Positions 1 to 11,396 of a stretch of DNA of 64,000 nucleotides are shown piece by piece. Below the pieces are notes generated by a model that saw nothing but the letters and a program-made list of their open reading frames with translations, did no database searches and was not told the origin of the DNA. Position 1 is the stretch's first letter. Each line of letters starts with the position of its first letter. The DNA is taken from NCBI GenBank assembly GCA_963794945.1, contig CAWCFT010000001.1, positions 419,884-483,883 on the forward strand. Reading direction: 5' to 3'. The position numbers and the translations under genes are program-made. The stretch comes from Endomicrobiales bacterium (GTDB lineage: Bacteria > Elusimicrobiota > Endomicrobiia > Endomicrobiales > CAWCFT01).

Positions 1-525
1 GTAGTTACAGATGACAGCGTGCTGTACGAGAAGCTGATACTTTTAAGGAATTATGGGTCTAAAAAGAAGTATGAGCACGATGTGATAGGTTTTAACTCCA
101 GGCTCGATACGCTCCAGGCTGCGGTACTACGTATTAAACTTAAGAAACTAGATGTCTGGAACGATTCAAGAAGGTCCAGCGCAGAGCTATATAGAAAATA
201 TCTCTCAAGTATAAGCTATGTTACGCTGCCTCCGCTTGATGCCCCGGGAACAAAACAGGTGTATCATCTCTTTGTTATAAGAACTTCGAGGAGGGATGAA
301 CTCAAGGACTTTTTAAAAGACAGAGGCGTGGACACGGGCATCCACTACCCTATACCTATACACCTGTGCCCGGCATATTCGTCACTTAAGCTCGGAGAAG
401 GTTCTCTTCCCGTGACCGAGAAACTCTCGCGCGAGTTACTATCTTTGCCAATGTTCCCTTTTATGACTGATGAAGAGGTAAGATACGTCTGCGATCAAAT
501 AAAGGATTTTTTTAAGTTACAATGA
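1..525 (+). CDS. DegT/DnrJ/EryC1/StrS PLP-dependent sugar aminotransferase, C-terminal part (5'-truncated by the window)
   Basis: LRNYG..KKYEH..G.NSRLDTLQAA, VYHLFVIR, GIHYPIPIH and LSLPMFP motifs; frame open from base 1. Confidence 0.9.
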   Translation, partial: VVTDDSVLYEKLILLRNYGSKKKYEHDVIGFNSRLDTLQAAVLRIKLKKLDVWNDSRRSSAELYRKYLSSISYVTLPPLDAPGTKQVYHLFVIRTSRRDELKDFLKDRGVDTGIHYPIPIHLCPAYSSLKLGEGSLPVTEKLSRELLSLPMFPFMTDEEVRYVCDQIKDFFKLQ

Positions 526-1253
526 ATAAACTACATAAGATAATCGTCATCCTTCCTGCGTACAATGAGGAAGGCAAGATAGGCAACACCGTTAAAAAGG
601 TTCTTAACGACCCTCCCAAGGGGCTTGTAAGTACGTGTCTTGTGGTTGACGACGGTTCAACTGATAATACTGTGCTTGACGCCGAAACGAACGGCGCACT
701 AGTACTAAAGAAACCGCGCAATGAAGGCGTTGGTTCAGCTATAAGAGAAGGGATAGCTTATGCTGTAAAGAACGCTTTCGACATTATTGTAGTCATGGCG
801 GGGGACGACCAGGACGTTCCGGCCGAAATACCGGCAGTTGTAGAGCCGATAATAAGCAGAGGGTACGATTTTGTGCAAGGCTCGCGCAGGCTCCGCGGCA
901 CAAGAACAGTAAATATGCCGCTATTTAGGCGTGTAACAACATGGGTGTATTCCTTCATCTTCAAGCTGGTGACCGGGTTCCCGTGCACGGACGGGACCAA
1001 TGGTTTCCGCGCTTTCAAGACAAGCATACTTAATAACCCAATTATCAACCTAAACCAGGAATGGCTGAATACCTACGAACTTGAACCCTACCTTTTCTTT
1101 AAGATCATCGAAGCGGGAGGAAGAGTTTGCGAGGTTCAGGTCACCAAACACTATCACAAGAAGATAATAGGCTACTCGAAAATGGTACCGCTAAAGGACT
1201 GGTGGAACATTCTTAAGCCTCTCATATATTTAAAGATCGGTATAAAAAAGTGA
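522..1253 (+). CDS. Glycosyltransferase family 2 (polyprenol-phosphate glycosyltransferase-like)
   Basis: ILPAYNEE, VVDDGSTD, AGDDQD, GSR, TDGTNGFRAF. Confidence 0.9.
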   Translation: MNKLHKIIVILPAYNEEGKIGNTVKKVLNDPPKGLVSTCLVVDDGSTDNTVLDAETNGALVLKKPRNEGVGSAIREGIAYAVKNAFDIIVVMAGDDQDVPAEIPAVVEPIISRGYDFVQGSRRLRGTRTVNMPLFRRVTTWVYSFIFKLVTGFPCTDGTNGFRAFKTSILNNPIINLNQEWLNTYELEPYLFFKIIEAGGRVCEVQVTKHYHKKIIGYSKMVPLKDWWNILKPLIYLKIGIKK

Positions 1254-1272
1254 GCTCACTTAAAGGACGTTA

Positions 1273-2193
1273 ATGAAAAAACTGCTTTTCTACTTAAAAC
1301 TTGTTTTTATAGTGTGCCTTTTAGGCTGGGTCGCAGTCAAATTTGACTACAAAATGGCGAAAGCCGTGCTATCTGCGGCTAAGATCGGCTGGGCCATAAC
1401 CTCGATCGCTATATCCTTTGTGTCGGTAATATTCGTCAGCCTGCGCTGGAAAATGATAATACGCGGTTTCTGGAGCAACCCAAAGACTTCCACAGCCAAG
1501 CTCTACTGGTTCAACCTGCTCACAGTCTTTTACAATCTTTTTATACCGACATCAATAGCCGGGGAAGCCGTGCGTATATGGCGCCTTGCTAAAAACGAAG
1601 ATAACGATTACGCGAAGGCGGCTTTTACGGCCATTATTGACAGGATAGCCGGCGTTTCGACTTGGTTCCTGCTTTTTCTGGCGATGCCTTCTCTGCTGCC
1701 AAAGAACAGGCTTCTGCTGCTGGTCTTCCTCGTTCCTATAGCTCTGTACCTCTTCCGGCATAAGCTAGCATACAAAGAAAGAAAGCTAATTGATTTTTCG
1801 AGGCATCACCCGCTGGACATAGTATACGCGGTTTTATTCTCCGTTCTGTGCCAGGTCGCTGCAATTATTTCTGGATATGCGGCTTTTAAATGCTTCAACC
1901 TTAATATCGGTATCCTATTGTGCGGCGGATTAATGACAGCCGGAGCTCTTGTGAGCCTTGTGCCTGTTTCAGTGCTCGGTTTCGGAGCGAGGGAAGGTTT
2001 TTTTATCGCCATACTTCCGTCATACGGAGCGCACCCTACGCAAGCCGTGCTGCTTACCACCTTTTTCGTTTTTTCTTCATACTTCGTGGGCATCACCGGC
2101 GGGCTTGTGGAGCTTATGAATACCGGATGGAACCTCACCAGCCTTAAGAAGCCCGATATCGAAGAGATCAAGACGGTGGATCCCTTAAAATGA
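1273..2193 (+). CDS. Flippase-like membrane protein (lysylphosphatidylglycerol synthase TM / UPF0104 family)
   Basis: Multi-TM; RW, P.SIAGEAVR, DRI and PVSVLGFGAREG motifs. Confidence 0.8.
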   Translation: MKKLLFYLKLVFIVCLLGWVAVKFDYKMAKAVLSAAKIGWAITSIAISFVSVIFVSLRWKMIIRGFWSNPKTSTAKLYWFNLLTVFYNLFIPTSIAGEAVRIWRLAKNEDNDYAKAAFTAIIDRIAGVSTWFLLFLAMPSLLPKNRLLLLVFLVPIALYLFRHKLAYKERKLIDFSRHHPLDIVYAVLFSVLCQVAAIISGYAAFKCFNLNIGILLCGGLMTAGALVSLVPVSVLGFGAREGFFIAILPSYGAHPTQAVLLTTFFVFSSYFVGITGGLVELMNTGWNLTSLKKPDIEEIKTVDPLK

Positions 2194-3585
2194 AAGTACT
2201 GCTCATTAACCCGCGTAAAATGTTCCGGTCCGGCAACATATGGAAATCCGTGCTGGGTTTTATGCCGCCCCTGGGGCTCGCGCAGACTCGCGGCGTACCT
2301 AAGAACAAAACAGATCAACGTAAAGATAATAGACGCTAATGCTGAACTGCTCGATGATAGTGCGCTAAGATCAAGAATTGAAACGCTTTTGAAGACCTTC
2401 GGGGCTCCTGAATTTACCGGAATAACAGCGTCAACGAACACATTTTTTCCTGCGATCGAAGCCGCGAAGATAGTAAAAGAGCTGATCCCTGGAACCTCCG
2501 TTACGGCCGGCGGCATACACGCCACGATATTGCCGGAAGATTTCTTAAAATACGGCTTTATCGACTATTGCGTGCGGGGGGAAGGCGAACAGCCGTACTT
2601 TGAACTTATTTCAGGCAAAGACAAGAAAGACATACTCTCGCTTTCATACAAGGACAACGGAAAAATAGTACATAACGTTCCCGGACCGGTTCTGGATAAC
2701 CTTGACTCGCTTCCATTGCCGGCATACGACCTGCTCCCTATGAGCAGGTACAAGCCGTCCCTGGGAAGCTACAAGAGGCTGCCAGCCGTTGGAATGGTCA
2801 CTTCCCGGGGCTGCCCGGGTAAATGCACTTTTTGCTACGGCCAGTATTTTGGCAAAAAGATACGCTATCACAGCACTGAAAGGATATTGGCCGAGATACT
2901 TCACCTCAAAGACGTTTACGGCATTAAAGAGATTTCGTTCTATGACGACACATTTACAGCGGTAAAACCGAATCTCATCAAGTTCTGCGAGCTTTTGATA
3001 AGCAGGGACATCGATATCACCTGGTCATGTTTTTCAAGGACCAACCTCGTAAACGCAAACCTATTAAAGCTGATGAAAAAAGCCGGCTGCCACCAGATAT
3101 GCTACGGTATAGAGTCAGGAGATGAGGTTATACTCAAGACAATTCAGAAGAACGTATCCCTCGATACGGCCAAAGAAGCCATCACGCTCACCAAAAAAGC
3201 CGGAATAGAGGCCAGGTCAACTTTTATGATAGGTAATCCAGGTGAAACCGCCCAAACGCTGGAGAAAACTTTCAGGTTCGCCGTTAACATCGACCCGGAT
3301 ATCGCTCTATTCAACATAACAACTCCATTTCCCGGCACGGCCATGTTCGAGTGGGCGTCACGCAACGGTTACATAAAGACATACGATTGGGCCGATTACG
3401 ACCTTTCCAAGCCTGTAATGGAAATACCCGGGCTCCCGGCCACGGAAATAGTCCGGTATTACAAGATGTTCAACAGGAATTTTTACCTTAGGCCGTGGTA
3501 TATAATAAGAAGAGCATTTAAGATGACAAGCCCAGCCCGTATAAAAGCTGGTTTCTTGGCTTTACGCGCGATCATAAATAAGTAA
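2190..3585 (+). CDS. Cobalamin-binding radical SAM protein (class B methyltransferase-like); apparent 1-nt frameshift near 2287
   Basis: ATG at 2190 gives MKVLLINP...PPLGLAQ, which continues as LAAYL after a shift; GGIHAT, TSRGCPGKCTFC (CxxxCxxC), GIESG. Confidence 0.88.
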
Positions 3586-3594
3586 CAGCAACTT

Positions 3595-4689
3595 ATGGAA
3601 AAACCAAAAATATTTTACCTTGCAACGAGCCTTAACATCGGAGGAACTGAAAAATTCCTTACAGTTCTTGCAGAAAATCTTTCAGAGAACTACGATATCA
3701 CAGTAGGTGTTGTAAGGGGCGGGGGAACGTTGGAGGCCCATCTAATCAAAAATGGCATACAAGTGATCCATTGCCCGTTGCCATGGCAGCTTACCGGCTA
3801 CCTTAGGCTTCACAAGATCAAGATACTGCACACATTCCTTTTTTGGGCGCACATATACGGGCGGCTGGCGGCTAAATTCGCCGGCACACCTGTTGTTATT
3901 ACCACCCAGCAGGCCGTCGACACCTGGAAGAAGTTTTACCACACGTTCTTAGATAAACTCACGGCCCCGCTATGCGATTTTTTCATTGTCAATTCTATCA
4001 CTGCCGCTAAGCGGCTTGAAACCGTCGAAAAGGTCCCCAAAGACCGCATCGGCCTTGTCTACAACGGGGTAGACCTCGGCACGTTCCAAACACAGCACCC
4101 GCGGGAAGAAATAAGGAAAGAATTTAACATAGCTCCAAACGCGTTCGTCGTCGCCTGCGTCTCCAGGCTGCATTACGATAAAGGTGTTGATTTCCTTCCG
4201 GAGATAGCGGCGGGTTCGCCGGGCTGCGTTTTTCTTGTGGCCGGCGACGGGCCTTACATGAGGCTGTTAAAAGATAAAATTAAGTCCATGAAACTTGAGG
4301 GCCACGTGATCCTTTGCGGCTGGAGGCTGGACACCCCGAGGATACTCAAGGCTTCCGACGCTTTTATCCTGCCTTCGAGAGAGGAGAGCTTTCCGCAAGC
4401 GGCTCTTGAGGCAATGGCGATGAGACTGCCTGTTGTAGCGGCTGATGTCGGAGGGGTGAACGAGCTTATCGAAGACGGTGAAACAGGCACATTAGTAAAG
4501 CGCGGTGACACTGCTGGGTTCTCTGCAGCAATAAACAGGCTTATCAACGACAGGGTTCTTTGTTCGCGCTTTGCAGAAGCCTCTTATAACAAATCCCTTC
4601 AATTTAGCGAAAGTAAAATGGTACAGAGCGTGACAGCAGTTTATGATGCGTTCCTGTCAAAAACATCGTCTAAGACCGTAGCCGGTTAA
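3595..4689 (+). CDS. Glycosyltransferase family 4
   Basis: GGTEK, YNGVD, KG, EESFPQAALEAMA, DVGGVNE. Confidence 0.92.
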   Translation: MEKPKIFYLATSLNIGGTEKFLTVLAENLSENYDITVGVVRGGGTLEAHLIKNGIQVIHCPLPWQLTGYLRLHKIKILHTFLFWAHIYGRLAAKFAGTPVVITTQQAVDTWKKFYHTFLDKLTAPLCDFFIVNSITAAKRLETVEKVPKDRIGLVYNGVDLGTFQTQHPREEIRKEFNIAPNAFVVACVSRLHYDKGVDFLPEIAAGSPGCVFLVAGDGPYMRLLKDKIKSMKLEGHVILCGWRLDTPRILKASDAFILPSREESFPQAALEAMAMRLPVVAADVGGVNELIEDGETGTLVKRGDTAGFSAAINRLINDRVLCSRFAEASYNKSLQFSESKMVQSVTAVYDAFLSKTSSKTVAG

Positions 4690-4738
4690 TGCGATTAATT
4701 TTGTTTCTGATACTTTTGTTGGGTTTATCCATTAATTC

Positions 4739-6605
4739 ATGAAAATACTGGGGATATCCGCTTACTACCATGACTCAGCCGCTTGCCTGATCGACAACGG
4801 CAGTATCACAGCCGCCGCGCAGGAAGAAAGGTTCACCCGGAAAAAGCACGACCCGTCTTTCCCTGCGAACGCCGTTAAATTCTGTTTGAGTGCGGGCAAC
4901 GTAACTCTTGCCGGCCTCGACGCTGTTGTTTTTTACGATAAACCCTGGCTGAAATTCGAGCGCCTCCTTGAAACTTATTACATATTCGCGCCTAAAGGAC
5001 TAAGCTCGTTTATCCAATCCATGCCTGTCTGGGTCAAAGATAAACTCTTCTTAAAAAGCCTTCTGCTTAAAGAACTTTCAGCTATAGACGGCGCCAATAA
5101 ATATTCAATAAACCTCCTGTTTTCCGAGCACCACCTTTCACACGCGGCAAGCGCCTTCTACCCGTCACCTTTCGAAGAGGCGGCCATTCTTACAATAGAC
5201 GGAGTGGGCGAATGGGCGACGGCCTCCATATCAAGCGGAAAGGGCAACGGCATTACTATGCGTAAAGAGATGAGGTTCCCTCATTCCGTTGGCCTGCTGT
5301 ATTCGGCCTTCACTTATTACCTCGGCTTTAAAGTCAACTTCGGCGAGTACAAGCTTATGGGGCTTTCTCCTTACGGGGATAAATCTTCAGGCAACCCGGA
5401 TAAATTCGTCAGGCTCATAAAAGACAACATCGTCGATATTAAAGAAGACGGCTCTGTATTCCTCAACCAGGACTTCGTCGATTACGCCGCGGGCCTCAAG
5501 ATGGCCAATGACAAGAAGTGGGAGAAGCTGTTCGGGTTTCCCAAACGACTGCCGGAATCCGAGATAGGACAGAACCATTGCGACCTTGCCCTGGCTATTC
5601 AGAACTGTCAACAATGAAATGGTTATTAAAATGGGAAAGACCGCGAAAGAGCTTTCCGGTTCTAACAATCTGGTACTTTCGGGAGGCGTGGCGCTTAACT
5701 GTGTTTCCAACACTCGCCTGCTTGAGAGCGGAATGTTCGATAATGTTTGGATCCAACCCGCGGCAGGCGATGCGGGGGGAGCCATCGGTGCCGCTTTAGC
5801 CGCTTACCACATCTATTACGGCGCAGAAAGAAAACCGGCGGCGGGTAAAACCGACGGCATGAGCGGGGCGTACCTCGGGCCGCAGTTCTCGAACACCGAT
5901 ATAGCGGAGACGGCAAATAAATTTGGCGCGATTTTCAACCGTTATGACAATTTTGATAAACTCTGCGATGACGTATCGCTAAAGATATCGAACGGTGAAG
6001 TTATAGGATGGTTCCAGGGAAGAATGGAATGGGGTCCGAGGGCTCTAGGCAACAGGAGCATATTGGGCGACGCCCGCAACTCAGAAATGCAAAAACACAT
6101 GAACCTTAAGATCAAGTTCAGGGAAAGCTTTCGTCCCTTCGCGCCATCCGTAAACTCGGAAGACGCGGCTGACTATTTCGATTCGAAAACTCCATCGCCT
6201 TACATGCTCCTTGTGGCGAACGTTAAACAAAATCTTCGAAAGCCCCTTCCTGACGGTTACGACGGGCTTTCAGTAAGGGATAAACTTTACCACAGGCGCT
6301 CAGAACTCCCCGCTGTAACGCATGTAGATTATTCAGCAAGACTTCAGACTGTCGACAAGTCGACTAACCCGAGATACTGGAACCTTATCAACTCTTTTAA
6401 AATACTTACCGGCTGCCCCGTCATAGTAAACACAAGTTTTAACGTAAGAGGCGAACCTATAGTCTGCACGCCCGAAGACGCTTACAGGTGTTTCATGCGG
6501 ACGGATATTGATCATCTTGTTATGGGCGATTACGTGTTTTCTAAGCAAAACCAACCAGAGTGGAAAGAAGGGCGCGGCTGGAAACAGGAGCTTGTTCTTG
6601 ACTAG
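4739..6605 (+). CDS. NodU/CmcH-family O-carbamoyltransferase; frameshift near 5603
   Basis: ILGISAYYHDSAA, EHHLSHAASAF, GEYKLMGL, GGVALNC, GPRALGNRSIL, NTSFNVRGEP split over ORFs 4739..5617 and 5586..6605. Confidence 0.92.
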
Positions 6606-6611
6606 AATACC

Positions 6612-6980
6612 ATGACAAAAAAAGAAGAAATAAAAATCATTATCGTGCTTTCCCTGTTGTGCCTCGCGCTGTTTTTTGCCTCCGGGCATAACAGATGGCT
6701 GCTTGCAATATCTATTTTTCTGGCCTTTTCCGAGCTACTAGGAGGAAGGCTTCCGTATCTCATCGCGGTTGGATGGAAAAACTTCGCCCTCGCGCTGGGA
6801 AAGCTTAATTCAAAAGTTATACTTTTTATCGCGTTCTACGTATTCCTTACCCCTATTGCATTGATATACAGGCTTTTCAATAAAATAGCCGTAGCGCATT
6901 TCAGGAACAACGACCGCGGCTCGCTTTTTGAAGATGTGAACAAAAAGTTCGATAAAGAAGTTTTTAAAAGGATGTGGTGA
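6612..6980 (+). CDS. SxtJ-like small membrane protein
   Basis: W..FA..LG..NS.VIL...FY..LTPIA.I.R pattern, directly after the carbamoyltransferase. Confidence 0.75.
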   Translation: MTKKEEIKIIIVLSLLCLALFFASGHNRWLLAISIFLAFSELLGGRLPYLIAVGWKNFALALGKLNSKVILFIAFYVFLTPIALIYRLFNKIAVAHFRNNDRGSLFEDVNKKFDKEVFKRMW

Positions 6981-6981
6981 G

Positions 6982-9042
6982 ATGACTATCAAACCCGGGC
7001 AGATACTAGCGTTCTTCTGGCTAATCATTATAAGCCTGTTCTATTATGCCTCTTTCCCGATAACCAATCTAATGGCAGGATTGCCGGCAATAAACATTAT
7101 CAACCCACAGTTCAAATCACTGGAACATATTTTGTGCCTTGTATTATTTATAATAGCGGCGAACGGTTGGGCCGGAACGCTCTGGTCAAATTCTCACCTC
7201 TCACATCTCGAACGGTTCCTTTTCTCCACCGCCGCGGGGCTCGGAGCGATGTCGCTTCTGACACTTTTCTTTAATGTCATAGGTGTTACGAACAACCTGC
7301 TCTATTTCTTTTTTCTTCTGTCAGGTTTTGTGCTGTTCGTGACTGCGGGGAAAAATATACATGGTATACTTTCAACGCGGATAAAGTCGCTTATGCTTAT
7401 CTCGCTGGTCCCTCTGATAAGCACCATTATTGGGGCCCTCGCGCCGCCTACCCAGTTCGATTCCCTTGTTTACCACCTTGCGCTGCCTGCAGAGTATCTC
7501 AAGGCCGGAAAGATGTTCACCGTTCCGCACAATATTTTCTTCTCTTTCCCACAGGGCATGGAGATGCTTTACGGGATGGCGTTAAGGCTCGACGGGCCCA
7601 TACTCGCAAACCTCCTTCACTGGATGTTCCTTCCGCTGGGGGCCCTTGCCATATATTCGTTCTGCTCAAAATTCTGGGGCCATAAGTCGGCCGTGACGGG
7701 TTCGATAATATGGCTGTTCACACCGGCCGCAATGTTCGTTTCAACTGGCACATATGTTGACCTCGCCCTGGCCTTTTACGTATTCATTAGCGTTTACTGT
7801 TTCATGCTCTGGAAAGATTCCGGCAGGACCTATTTTATCTATCTCTGCGCGATATTTTCCGGCCTTGCCTGCGGTATAAAATACACGGCTTTCATCAACG
7901 TGCTTATTTTGTCGGCACTGTTCGTTTTCTCGGGCAGGTTCCACAGCCACAACCCGGTATCAAACCCTGACCCGGACTCTGACGAGCCAGAGGATATCAA
8001 GTTTGACAGGCATCATCTGCACACACGAAACAGCCACGCGCAAAGATTAAGAGCGTGCCTGAAGTATGTAATGGTAGTATCTATAGTTTTCTTCCCGTGG
8101 CTCTTAAAGAACTTCATTTACCTCAACAACCCCATAGCGCCTTGGGGGGCTGCGATATTTACCGCTTCAAAGGTCTCCGCGGGCCTCGCCGGAGCTTACT
8201 TTAAGCATATTGCGGGGCACGGGTTAAGCATCGGCGGAATTCGGGGCCTCTTGCTCTTGCCGTGGTATTTGACGTTCTACGGTTACAAGTACGGCGGCGG
8301 GTTCGATATTATGGGCCCGGTTTTCCTGCTGTTCATACCAATCTTGTTTTTAAGAATGAAAATTGATAAAATAGAAAAAATATTAGTCGCCTATTGTCTC
8401 ATGTATCTGGCCGTTTGGATAGTGACGGGAAAGGTAATGAGGTTCCTGATGCCGGTATTGCCTTTTTTGTGCATTCTTTCCGGCAAAGGTGCTGAATATA
8501 TATACGAAGACGGCAACAAACTGCTGGAAAGCGGCAACAAGATATTTAGGTACGCGGTAGCCGTAATATTAGCGGTAGCAGTAACACACAACATTTTGTT
8601 TTATCACTGGGTAATGGCCTCAGTTGACCCCTACTCGTACGTGATAGGCGGGATGGAAGACAGCAAATACATTTCTAACAGGGTCAATTACTACAAGGCC
8701 GCGGACGAGATGCTCGGCAAACTGGGACCCGGCACAAAAACAGTTTTTCTTGGAGAGACGAGAAGTTTCTATTTCACCAACAATGTGATAGCCCCAACAA
8801 ACTTTGATACGAACCCGTTAATTGCCGGCGCCAACACATCGCAGTCACCGGAAAAGCTGCTTGAAACTCTTAAGCACAGCGGCATAACACATGTATTTTT
8901 AAACAAATTCGAATTCCAAAGGCTTTCCATGAGGTCCAGGTTCACCGACAAGGGCTTTGCCAACTGGACCGCCGTAAAAGAAAGATACGCGTCTATGACA
9001 TACCAGGACAAATTCTGCGAGCTATATGAACTCACTCATTAA
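6982..9042 (+). CDS. Large polytopic membrane protein, GT-C type (PMT/ArnT-like) glycosyltransferase
   Basis: PPTQFDSLVYHL, YVDLA, K-YT, PWLLKN....NP and RFL.P motifs; many TM helices. Confidence 0.65.
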   Translation: MTIKPGQILAFFWLIIISLFYYASFPITNLMAGLPAINIINPQFKSLEHILCLVLFIIAANGWAGTLWSNSHLSHLERFLFSTAAGLGAMSLLTLFFNVIGVTNNLLYFFFLLSGFVLFVTAGKNIHGILSTRIKSLMLISLVPLISTIIGALAPPTQFDSLVYHLALPAEYLKAGKMFTVPHNIFFSFPQGMEMLYGMALRLDGPILANLLHWMFLPLGALAIYSFCSKFWGHKSAVTGSIIWLFTPAAMFVSTGTYVDLALAFYVFISVYCFMLWKDSGRTYFIYLCAIFSGLACGIKYTAFINVLILSALFVFSGRFHSHNPVSNPDPDSDEPEDIKFDRHHLHTRNSHAQRLRACLKYVMVVSIVFFPWLLKNFIYLNNPIAPWGAAIFTASKVSAGLAGAYFKHIAGHGLSIGGIRGLLLLPWYLTFYGYKYGGGFDIMGPVFLLFIPILFLRMKIDKIEKILVAYCLMYLAVWIVTGKVMRFLMPVLPFLCILSGKGAEYIYEDGNKLLESGNKIFRYAVAVILAVAVTHNILFYHWVMASVDPYSYVIGGMEDSKYISNRVNYYKAADEMLGKLGPGTKTVFLGETRSFYFTNNVIAPTNFDTNPLIAGANTSQSPEKLLETLKHSGITHVFLNKFEFQRLSMRSRFTDKGFANWTAVKERYASMTYQDKFCELYELTH

Positions 9043-10069
9043 CCATACCGAGTTTCTCTACCTGGTCACTTTTGTGATCTCCATAGTTATCGCGCTTGTT
9101 CTTACGCCTTTCTTCCGTTTTATCGCTTTGAGATACGACATACTTGATAAACCGCACACCGACATAAAAACGCACAAGATGCCCACTCCGTACCTCGGCG
9201 GCCTCGCCATCTGGTCTGGATGGGTCATAAGTCTTTTCTTTATCAGGTTCCTGACACACTTCCCAACGGGCACGCTGAGAAGCCTGAGGGGGCTGCTGAT
9301 AGGCAGTTCAATCATAGTGCTTCTCGGCCTAGTTGACGACGTGCTGCCGAAGGGGCTTAGCTTCAAAAAGAAATTCTTCGTGCAGGCTTTGGCCGCGCTG
9401 GTGCTGGTGGCGTTCAGCATCAAGATAGATTTTATACAACCGTCTTTTATGGGCATAGCTTTTAGCGTGCTGTGGGTGATAGGTATAACCAACGCTTTTA
9501 ACATCATAGACATAATGGACGGCCTATCAAGCGGTATAGCGGTCGTGGCCAGCCTCGCGTTCCTGTTCATAGCTCTGCCTTCCGAACAGATATACGTTAA
9601 TTTTTCGTCCGTGGCCCTCGCCGGCGGATGCCTGGGCTTTATGCCTTATAACCTTTCTACAAAGAGAAAGATATTCATGGGAGACACGGGCAGCCTCGCC
9701 CTCGGTTTCATACTCGCGGGTATATCCATGGGCGCGTCATACACCGAAGTTAACCTCATCGGCGTTTTCGCGCCTGTATTGATACTTGCCATGCCTATTT
9801 ACGACACAATGCTTGTCATGGTGCTCCGCTGGAGCAAGGGCCAGTCGCCTTTCCTTGGCAGTAAGGACCATTTTGCTTTGCGTCTCGAAAAACTGGGGTT
9901 TTCACGCAAACAGATACTAACGATAACTTACCTTGCGAGCATCATCCTTGCCGTAGGGGCATATCTTATGACGCGCCTTCCGGCCGCGTGGGCCACAGGT
10001 TTGTTCGCCGCCATATTCGTCACCGCGCTGCTGGTAGGTAACAGGCTCAGTAAAATTAAAATGTATTAA
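9026..10069 (+). CDS. WecA/TagO-like undecaprenyl-phosphate GlcNAc-1-P transferase (MraY family)
   Basis: PTPYLGGLAI, GLVDD, NAFNIIDIMDGL, IFMGDTGS, DHF..RL. Confidence 0.9.
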   Translation: MNSLINHTEFLYLVTFVISIVIALVLTPFFRFIALRYDILDKPHTDIKTHKMPTPYLGGLAIWSGWVISLFFIRFLTHFPTGTLRSLRGLLIGSSIIVLLGLVDDVLPKGLSFKKKFFVQALAALVLVAFSIKIDFIQPSFMGIAFSVLWVIGITNAFNIIDIMDGLSSGIAVVASLAFLFIALPSEQIYVNFSSVALAGGCLGFMPYNLSTKRKIFMGDTGSLALGFILAGISMGASYTEVNLIGVFAPVLILAMPIYDTMLVMVLRWSKGQSPFLGSKDHFALRLEKLGFSRKQILTITYLASIILAVGAYLMTRLPAAWATGLFAAIFVTALLVGNRLSKIKMY

Positions 10070-10093
10070 AGCCAAAAGGGCACAGGAAACAAA

Positions 10094-11396
10094 ATGCCGG
10101 AGATCATAATAATCGGAGCCGGTCTTACCGGCCTTTCAAGCGCTTACCACCTGAAAAAACCGTTCATTGTGCTGGAAAAGAATAAAACCCCGGGCGGCTT
10201 GTGCGGTTCCGTTGCTGTCAACGGTTTCACTTTCGACTATTCCGGCCATCTTTTGCACCTGCGCGAACCCCGCGTGAAAACACTACTCAGCCGCCTAATG
10301 CCTGCCAAGCTGGACAGTATATACAGAAAAGCTTCGGTATTTACAAACTCCCGCTATGTGCCTTACCCGTTCCAGGCCAATCTTTATTACATGCCCGAAA
10401 AGATTCGGAAAGCGTGCCTCGAAGGATTTTTAAAAAGGGACCTCAAGCACAACTACGGACATAACACGGATTTCTTAAGCTGGTCAAAGTCCTTCTTCGG
10501 CGAGGGCATAACCCGCTATTTCATGAAACCGTACAACGAGAAGCTATGGACGGTTTCAGGCAAAATACTCACCGCGGACTGGGTTGCGCCGTTCGTGCCG
10601 CGGCCGGACACGCGCGAGATAGTTAACGGCGCCACAAGCGAGCAGAAAAAGGATTTCGGCTACAATGTTTCTTACTATTACCCCGATAAAGGTGGATGCC
10701 AGTCAGTAATAAATGCCTTCTACAATAAACTCGACAACGTCCGACTGGGCATTGCTGCCGGGAAGATAGAACCGAAACAAAAATACATTTTATCTTCGGA
10801 CGGCAACAAATTCCACTATGATCATCTTGTTTCTACACAACCCTTGGTCGAGCTGTTAAATAACATCGTCGGCCTTCCTTCTGACGTCGCGGCGGCTAGC
10901 GGAAAGTTTGAGCTGGAACACTGTCGAATGCTTTAACCTCGCGTTCAAGTCGCCCCAAACTGGCGAAAAGCCGGCGGGCGGCGCTCATTGGGTATATTTC
11001 CCGGAAAAGAAGTATGTATTTTACAGGGCGGGTATATACTCCAACATACAGCCTTCTATGGCGCTGAAGGGATATTACTCTATGTACGTAGAGGTAAGCC
11101 GAAACCCCAAGGAGACTTTTAACTCGCGGCAATCTTTAGCGCTGATATTAGACGGCCTCAAGGACGCAGGGATAGTAGAGAAGAACGCTTCGCCGGAGTT
11201 TAACCTCAGGCTCACCTTACCGTACGCTTACGTTATATACGATAGAAAGAAGGACGCCGCGCTGAAAGTTATAAAGGCATATCTCAAGAAAAATGGGATA
11301 TTTTCAATAGGGCGCTACGGCGCCTGGGAATATTCCTTTATGGAACGCTCCATATTAGACGGCATGAGCACCGCTGACCATCTGAACAATAAATGA
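10094..11396 (+). CDS. FAD-dependent oxidoreductase (UDP-galactopyranose mutase / protoporphyrinogen oxidase-like); frameshift near 10908
   Basis: IIGAGLTGLS, GGLC.S...GFTFD..GH, PYNEKLW, YP..GG, GRYGAWEY over two ORFs. Confidence 0.8.

Noticed and set aside
4739..6980. Saxitoxin gene cluster
   Set aside because: Only generic SxtI/SxtJ-like genes; no sxtA or sxtG; the context is glycan synthesis
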